Positions 26,594 through 31,726 of a stretch of DNA of 31,726 nucleotides are shown piece after piece; positions within the stretch are counted from its first letter, which is position 1, and every line of letters begins with the position of its first letter. The DNA comes from a virus. Its lineage: Duplodnaviria > Caudoviricetes. The notes beneath the pieces were generated by a model that saw only the letters and a list, made by a program, of their open reading frames with translations, was not told the origin of the DNA and ran no database searches. The stretch is taken from the IMG/VR virus record IMGVR_UViG_3300024232_000055, positions 1-31,726 of that record; one strand, given 5' to 3'. A program made the translations under genes and the position numbers.

Positions 26594-26761
26594 TCAGTTG
26601 TTGCAGGCCGGGTCACGCGAGCAGTAGCCGCGCCACCACGGACATTTGGCGGTGTCGCAGAACGGGTAGTCGCGCTCCGGCTTGGGTGCGCCGTGGGCCT
26701 CCAGAATGGCCCGGAACAGCGGATGCATCGTCTGTAGCGATGCGGCGTTCTCGTCGCTCAT
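26594..26761 (-). CDS. small Cys-rich hypothetical protein (55 aa)
   Basis: Read by hand: MSDENAASLQTMHPLFRAILEAHGAPKPERDYPFCDTAKCPWWRGYCSRDPACNN; starts 1 nt after the upstream stop. Confidence 0.6.
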   Translation of the reverse strand: MSDENAASLQTMHPLFRAILEAHGAPKPERDYPFCDTAKCPWWRGYCSRDPACNN

Positions 26762-26762
26762 G

Positions 26763-26999
26763 TCAGTTGCAGTTGGTGTAGACGGTGCTGCCGATAGTGT
26801 AGCTGTGACAGCGCGTCATCTGCCCGTTCGGGCTGGTGAAATCGGTATAGCGGTCACGCCCGATCTGATAGCCATAACCGGTCGAGCCATCACTGCCATT
26901 GTAATACGTGCCAGAGCCGATCTGATTTTGTTGCCAGTTCTGCGCGAAGGCGGGCGTTGCCGCGAGCAGGAGTGCTGCGGCGAGTGCTAGTCTAGTCAT
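26763..26999 (-). CDS. small secreted protein (78 aa)
   Basis: Signal peptide MTRLALAAALLLAATPAFA; three (Q/T)IG beta-hairpin repeats; terminal Cys pair. Confidence 0.8.
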   Translation of the reverse strand: MTRLALAAALLLAATPAFAQNWQQNQIGSGTYYNGSDGSTGYGYQIGRDRYTDFTSPNGQMTRCHSYTIGSTVYTNCN

Positions 27000-27064
27000 A
27001 CTCAAAAGCCTTTCGTGTGAATGCGGCGCGTGTGTCATCCAAAGCGCTGCGCCGCTGATGCGCT

Positions 27065-27259
27065 TTATCGTTTCAATTCCTCTTCCAGCTTCGTGATGCG
27101 CTGGCTGAGTGTGAGCTGATCGCCAAGGGTGTAGATGACGTGGCCCTTAAGGCCGTCCGTATCGGCGCGAACCGCCGACAGCTTGTCGAGGATGTCGTCA
27201 AGCTTGCCATTGATCTGCTCTACAAAACGGCGAAATTCATCCATCGGAATGTCGCTCAT
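27065..27259 (-). CDS. small coiled-coil protein (64 aa)
   Basis: ATGA-coupled to the RHH gene; heptad pattern; ends RITKLEE. Confidence 0.7.
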   Translation of the reverse strand: MSDIPMDEFRRFVEQINGKLDDILDKLSAVRADTDGLKGHVIYTLGDQLTLSQRITKLEEELKR

Positions 27260-27417
27260 CGTTTCGGCGCCTTCGGCTGCTTTCGCAGCCATTCCGAGAT
27301 GATCTTGCGCGTCAATGCAGAGACGGTTCTGTCATCGGCCTGGGCGGCGCGCTCCAATGCGCGGCGGTCCTCTTCTGCTAGCCGTATGGTGAATAGTGAC
27401 GTTGCCATACGCGGCAT
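27256..27417 (-). CDS. ribbon-helix-helix regulator (Arc/Mnt/CopG-like)
   Basis: FTIRL.EE.R.ALE.AA..DDRTVSAL.RKII.EWL; start at 27417 or 27408. Confidence 0.82.
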   Translation of the reverse strand: MPRMATSLFTIRLAEEDRRALERAAQADDRTVSALTRKIISEWLRKQPKAPKR

Positions 27418-27418
27418 G

Positions 27419-27469
27419 TAATGCGTCGTATGACGAATGTCCATAACAATCGCCACCAGGATCGCATTA
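27419..27469. promoter_or_regulatory. divergent promoter/operator region
   Basis: Lower GC; palindrome CGTC-gtat-GACG; inverted repeat TAATGCG (27419-25) / CGCATTA (27463-69); minus-strand TGGACA-N17-TACATG. Confidence 0.45.
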
Positions 27470-27470
27470 A

Positions 27471-29447
27471 ATGTCTGACACGCCAGCACCGACATACCCG
27501 CATATTCTCTACGTCACCGACGCCGAGACGCAGCGGCTGTTCGTGCCAGCCGAGACGGAGCCGGAGCCGCCAGATCCGCCGGACCCGGAGGAGCCGCCAC
27601 CGGAGCTCGGCGAGGCCCGCGCCGTCATCGCCCTTGCCGGCACCGAGTATGCGTTCCTCGCGTCAGAGGGTCAGCCGCTCGACAGCTACACGGACCCCGA
27701 TGGCGAGTTCGTGCAGGACAATATCGTCTGTACCAATCCCGGCCTGCCGCATATGCTGGTATTCTACCGCCCCGACAGGAGCGGCGACCGTGAGGAATGG
27801 GTATTCGAGCACGGGCAGCCACGAGCCACAGCAGAGGCCGCGAACCTGCCGGCCTACACCTGCACCATCACCCGCCGCGACGGCACCACAGCCACCGTGG
27901 AGGCGCCCAGCGGGCACTACTGGTTCGGCCGCTGGCGCTGGCAGTCGGCACCACGTCCGGTGCGTCGCACCTACGCGCAGCTCAGCGCGCAGAACCTCAT
28001 CCCGCACATGAACACCACCGGCCTGGCCACCGGCCCGATCCTCACGGTGAACGAATACAAGCCCATGGCCACATGCGGGATGCCGCAGAACATGGGCAGC
28101 ACGGGCGGCTACCCTGGCCTCGGCATCATCACGGGATGGCAGGCGCAGTATCTCGTGCGCGGCGCACCGGAGACCGCGTGGCGCAACCAGGCCGAGGCCA
28201 TCAACGGCTATGCGGTGTTCGTGCGCGATCCCGACACGTTGGCGCCAGCGCCCGGCGACATCATCAACGACTGGCCATCAGCCAACATGTACAGCGCCAG
28301 CGAGGGCACGCCCTACATCGCCAAAGGTCCGAGTCCGCTGCGCACCGACCAGGGCCACCTGCCGTCGATGAGCTACATCCCGTTCTTGTTGACCGGCGAT
28401 CCGTACCACCTCGAGGCGATGCAGTTCGTGACCAACTACCAGCAGTTGTCGCTACCGGCGGACAGCCGCTGCATGGTCATGGGCCGCTACTGGGCGTGGC
28501 CCACGCGCGCGATTGCCGAGTGTGTCGCCGCAACGCCGGCCGTCGTGCCGTCCTGGCTGCTGCCCCAGAGCTACTGGCTGCACTGGCTCGATGTGCATCG
28601 CGGCTACGTCGAGGACCGCATGGCGAACAGCAGCGATCCATACTGCTACGTATTTCATTCAATCGTTGAGGGCGGCCAGACAACCGAGCTGGACCCGAGC
28701 AAGAGTGGCGACCATGTGTGGCAGCAGGGGATGGTGGACTTGACTGCGGCCTGGATTGCGTCATGGCGTGAGGAGTGGGTCGAGCCAGCCGAGTGGCTGA
28801 TACACTCGTGTATAGACAGAGCATCGGCCACATCCGGCTGGTGCCGTGCTCGCTGCAGCCCCTACCATATGCGCTTGCAGAATGCCTCGATCCTCGCTGC
28901 GGCCATGACCAAGACAAGCGACACGCTCACCATCAAATACCCGCAGCGGTTCCGCAGCGGCATGCAGGTGACGATAGACAGCGAAACCATGACACTAGGG
29001 GATTCTGACGACCAACTGACGTGGGACATCGCCTCGCGGCCGAAGCCAGCCGACCACGCCGTCAATCGGGCGGTGTATGGCACCAAATGCCTGAGCTGGG
29101 GCGAGGCGGCGGACCTGAATATTCTCACCTACGACTGGGGCGCTGACGTGGCCGACAACGACCACCTGGCACCCAGCGTTACCGACCTCACCTATCAGTC
29201 CTACCAGCGCGCCGCGCTCGCCCAGGCGATCCACGCCGGGCTGGATGTGCCGGGACTGCACGATGCTTACAACTGGCTCGACGGCGAGATGCGGCATCTG
29301 GTCAGCACCAAGGGCATGACGGTCGGCGACAACTGGGCAATCTCGCCTACGGTGACATCGCGGAGGCCGCATCGGCGACGCAGCGAGCGCATCGCCTGGT
29401 CGCGCATGCGCGAGATCCTCGAGACCATCGGCTACAGCGAGGGCTGA
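27471..29447 (+). CDS. large hypothetical protein, possible alpha/alpha-toroid glycan-active enzyme (658 aa)
   Basis: Trp/Tyr-rich; TGG.PGLG...W and D.GH.PS.SY.PFLLTGDPY.LE.MQF segments; lies at the tailspike position of P22-like order. Confidence 0.6.
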   Translation: MSDTPAPTYPHILYVTDAETQRLFVPAETEPEPPDPPDPEEPPPELGEARAVIALAGTEYAFLASEGQPLDSYTDPDGEFVQDNIVCTNPGLPHMLVFYRPDRSGDREEWVFEHGQPRATAEAANLPAYTCTITRRDGTTATVEAPSGHYWFGRWRWQSAPRPVRRTYAQLSAQNLIPHMNTTGLATGPILTVNEYKPMATCGMPQNMGSTGGYPGLGIITGWQAQYLVRGAPETAWRNQAEAINGYAVFVRDPDTLAPAPGDIINDWPSANMYSASEGTPYIAKGPSPLRTDQGHLPSMSYIPFLLTGDPYHLEAMQFVTNYQQLSLPADSRCMVMGRYWAWPTRAIAECVAATPAVVPSWLLPQSYWLHWLDVHRGYVEDRMANSSDPYCYVFHSIVEGGQTTELDPSKSGDHVWQQGMVDLTAAWIASWREEWVEPAEWLIHSCIDRASATSGWCRARCSPYHMRLQNASILAAAMTKTSDTLTIKYPQRFRSGMQVTIDSETMTLGDSDDQLTWDIASRPKPADHAVNRAVYGTKCLSWGEAADLNILTYDWGADVADNDHLAPSVTDLTYQSYQRAALAQAIHAGLDVPGLHDAYNWLDGEMRHLVSTKGMTVGDNWAISPTVTSRRPHRRRSERIAWSRMREILETIGYSEG

Positions 29448-29451
29448 TCGT

Positions 29452-29706
29452 GTGGCGCTACGTCCGTCTGACGACTGGTTGCTGCGGGCGTGCTTTCTGC
29501 TGTTCGGCTCCGTCATGCTGCTGCAGACGCTCTGGGTCAGCGTCGGTGCTATCGGCTGCCTGATCCTGATATTCGACGGACGGTTGTCTATCGGCAGTTG
29601 CGCTGATGTGGCGGAGCGTGCGCGCCAGACATTTGCCGAGATGCTGGCTGGCATCCTCGCCCTGCTGCTCGCGGCCAGGCCGCCTGCGCCACCACCCGAC
29701 GGCTAA
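29452..29706 (+). CDS. small membrane protein, possible holin
   Basis: Multiple hydrophobic segments; 84 aa; end of the late operon. Confidence 0.5.
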   Translation: MALRPSDDWLLRACFLLFGSVMLLQTLWVSVGAIGCLILIFDGRLSIGSCADVAERARQTFAEMLAGILALLLAARPPAPPPDG

Positions 29707-29801
29707 TGCTGGATCGGGACCGAGAGCAGCATCCAGGCCACGAGGGCCGTGACGCCGCCCATTAAAAAAATCATCGCCACCAAGCGCCAGAAGCGCTCCA
29801 T
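29703..29801 (-). CDS. 32-aa single-TM peptide
   Basis: Read by hand: MERFWRLVAMIFLMGGVTALVAWMLLSVPIQH; GAGG RBS; begins 5 nt after the RecT-like stop. Confidence 0.5.
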   Translation of the reverse strand: MERFWRLVAMIFLMGGVTALVAWMLLSVPIQH

Positions 29802-29806
29802 GATCC

Positions 29807-30676
29807 TCAGCCAGACGCCATCTTCTCAGCGCCCGCGATCTCGACCTCCGGCAGATCATCAGGCTCATCCTCCGCAGGTAGCCGCGCGAAATTCTCGGCC
29901 AGCAGGCGGGATATCTCGCGCTGGACAAACGGCGGCGAGGACTTGATCGCATCCTTGATCGACTCGCGCTCGGCAATCTCGGTCACCTCAGAGCGACGAT
30001 AGAGCACGGCCAGCGCATCCCGCAGCTTGTCCAGCCATTTCTCCCACTGCTCGTCGGTACGCTCGACAGGCGCCGGCTTATCGGTCACACGCGGAGCTCG
30101 CGGCATCGGCGCAGCGGCAGCACGCAGCGGTACCTCGGTGTTTATAGCCTCGCGTGCGTCATGCTCCAGCGTCGGGCCGTTGTGCTCGTCCTTGGCCTGG
30201 ATGTCAGCCTGCTCCTCCGGCACATACATCCCTGACGTGGCCAGCGGCCAGAGTGTACGGACACCCTCCGACACCACCCGGCTGCGCAGCATCTGGCGCG
30301 GGAATTTGGTGTACATGTCTTTCTTGCCAAACGCCGTCTGCGCCCGCTTCATGTCCCAGTCGATCCGCACCTCGCCGGTCTGCGGGTGGGTGAATGTCGC
30401 ATCGGCCAACTCGTCGGTGAGGCTGTGCCACTGCACTTTGCCACCGGCCTGGATAAAATCGCGCAGCATCGCCTCGGCCTTCTTGGCTGGCCGGTTGTTG
30501 ATGATGTCGTAATCGCGCGCGGCCTCGACGGCGTGCCTGCCCTCGGCCTGGGCGATTGCCATGAGCACCAGGGCCTGCTCAGGCGTGCGGATGCCGAATA
30601 GCCCGCTCTTGGCGATGGCGACGGCGAGCGTCTGCATATCCTGCAGCGGCATTGCGGTTGGCACGAGTGCATTCAT
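29807..30676 (-). CDS. RecT/Red-beta-like single-strand annealing protein
   Basis: AKSGLF...PEQA..LM, II..RP...A..M and YTKFPRQML.SR..SEG.R..WP...GMY.PEE motifs. Confidence 0.8.
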   Translation of the reverse strand: MNALVPTAMPLQDMQTLAVAIAKSGLFGIRTPEQALVLMAIAQAEGRHAVEAARDYDIINNRPAKKAEAMLRDFIQAGGKVQWHSLTDELADATFTHPQTGEVRIDWDMKRAQTAFGKKDMYTKFPRQMLRSRVVSEGVRTLWPLATSGMYVPEEQADIQAKDEHNGPTLEHDAREAINTEVPLRAAAAPMPRAPRVTDKPAPVERTDEQWEKWLDKLRDALAVLYRRSEVTEIAERESIKDAIKSSPPFVQREISRLLAENFARLPAEDEPDDLPEVEIAGAEKMASG

Positions 30677-30677
30677 G

Positions 30678-31145
30678 TCAGGCTGTCCTCAGTGTCAAAC
30701 TTGGACTCGGGTTGCTCAACGTTGCACCCGGTATCTGCTCCCCGGACCGCAACGCCTTACCGAGCGCCACGAGGTCCGGGGCGTGGCGGATGAAAGCGTC
30801 TGGCAACTCGCCGACATCCGACACGATGGCCTTGCTGCGATGCGTCACGCTGGCGGTGAACAGGCTGCGCTCGAGCTTCGACATGCCCATCGCCTCCATC
30901 ATCTGCAGCACGATATGCCGCCGGCGATCCGCACGGGCTTCGAGGCGCTTGATGCGTTCGCGGGCACCCTCCACCAGCGCCTCGTCGGCGAGCGCCTGCT
31001 CTACCAGCCGGTCGAGGATTTCGAGGGCGTCGGTCTCGCCGTCGATGGTGTCGGCGAGCAGCTTCTCGTCCTCGGTGTCGCCGAGCATGGCGCGGATCTG
31101 CATGGCGGCCGACATGGCCTGCTCGATGCGGTAGGAGCTGGTCAT
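30678..31145 (-). CDS. Siphovirus Gp157-like protein
   Basis: DTIDGE, RIKRLEAR, ELPDAF and PD...L..AL..GE.IPGATL motifs; adjacent to the recombinase. Confidence 0.82.
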   Translation of the reverse strand: MTSSYRIEQAMSAAMQIRAMLGDTEDEKLLADTIDGETDALEILDRLVEQALADEALVEGARERIKRLEARADRRRHIVLQMMEAMGMSKLERSLFTASVTHRSKAIVSDVGELPDAFIRHAPDLVALGKALRSGEQIPGATLSNPSPSLTLRTA

Positions 31146-31456
31146 GCGGCAGCGTCCATCTCGGGCTTAGGTGCCTTTGTGGACCGTCTGCGGCGCGGCT
31201 CCGGTTCGGGCACATACGGCTGCGGCGGATGATTGCTGCGGCTCCACGACTCTATGGCCTCGGCGATGCGGCGTGTCAGAGCGTCGCGCAGAGTTTGCGC
31301 AATGATGTCCTGCATCTGGGTGGTCTTGAACTCAGCGATAGCGGCTTCGATGTGGCGCGCCAGAGCCTCCTGGCTCGCTGCCGGCGCTGCGTCGTCAAAC
31401 ACGAACCGCGCTACCAACTGGGCCACGGCGTCCTTGCCCTTGCCGGTCAGGCTCAC
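31142..31456 (-). CDS. hypothetical protein (104 aa)
   Basis: Coupled on both sides in the early operon. Confidence 0.7.
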   Translation of the reverse strand: MSLTGKGKDAVAQLVARFVFDDAAPAASQEALARHIEAAIAEFKTTQMQDIIAQTLRDALTRRIAEAIESWSRSNHPPQPYVPEPEPRRRRSTKAPKPEMDAAA

Positions 31457-31680
31457 GCGCTCAGCTCCATCTCGGGCTGTGGCGCCTCCTGGGGCGTCTC
31501 CACGAGCCGTGGCGCCCGCTGGCGGCGCACCCGCGGCTTACCGGTGAGGGCCGCCACAACCTCGCGCGTGCTCTCCAGCCGCGTCTGCAGCACCGTCATT
31601 TCCAGCTCCAGCGCCCGTTCGTCGCTGCGGGCGCGCTCTAGCAGGGCAGCGGCGTTGGTGAGTAGATCAGCGTTTTCCAT
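31453..31680 (-). CDS. hypothetical coiled-coil protein (75 aa)
   Basis: GGAG RBS; GTGA coupling downstream. Confidence 0.7.
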   Translation of the reverse strand: MENADLLTNAAALLERARSDERALELEMTVLQTRLESTREVVAALTGKPRVRRQRAPRLVETPQEAPQPEMELSA

Positions 31681-31726
31681 TCAGCCAAAACTCCAGTGAC
31701 AGGTAGGCTCCAAACACGAGCAGCGG

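Larger units (their letters stand above)
1..31726. mobile_element. podovirus-type phage/prophage genome segment
   Basis: Order terL-portal-scaffold-capsid-gp4-gp10-ejection genes with no tape measure or sheath; no host housekeeping genes in the window. Confidence 0.93.

Noticed and set aside
1-31726. Genome-wide TAG reassignment
   Set aside because: Long genes contain no internal TAG, and TAG ends several genes at expected family C-termini (capsid, PEP-CTERM protein).
31667-31726. 3' end of a minus-strand ORF (…PLLVFGAYLSLEFWLNGKR*)
   Set aside because: Truncated by the window edge and too short to call.

Overview
This GC-rich window is the late (morphogenesis) region, plus the start of the convergent early region, of a podovirus-type tailed phage or prophage with P22-like gene order. 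The host is plausibly an alphaproteobacterium (inference only). Left to right it encodes: a DUF3309-like membrane protein, an orphan N4/N6 DNA methyltransferase, a PEP-CTERM surface protein, an intergenic ~205-nt region with nested inverted repeats, large terminase, portal, scaffold, an antisense HNH-AP2 endonuclease broken by an amber codon, an N4-gp56-type major capsid protein, a gp4-like adaptor, collagen-like/SPRY/tail-fibre proteins, a second antisense HNH endonuclease, a gp10-like tail hub, a 2OG-Fe(II) hydroxylase plus cupin, three DNA-ejection proteins, a small minus-strand cluster led by a ribbon-helix-helix protein, a 658-aa protein at the tailspike position, and minus-strand RecT-like and Gp157-like genes. 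The most unusual signals are: (1) three covarying mini-pseudoknot repeats in the capsid leader; (2) a candidate structured ncRNA carrying a 12-nt perfect complement to that leader; (3) an HNH cassette that supplies a synonymously recoded 99-bp replacement 3' end of its target gene; (4) a self-nested triplicated head-tail adaptor; (5) a phage PEP-CTERM protein; and (6) a hydroxylase/cupin pair inside the virion module. All family calls come from motif recognition by eye; no searches or folding programs were run.
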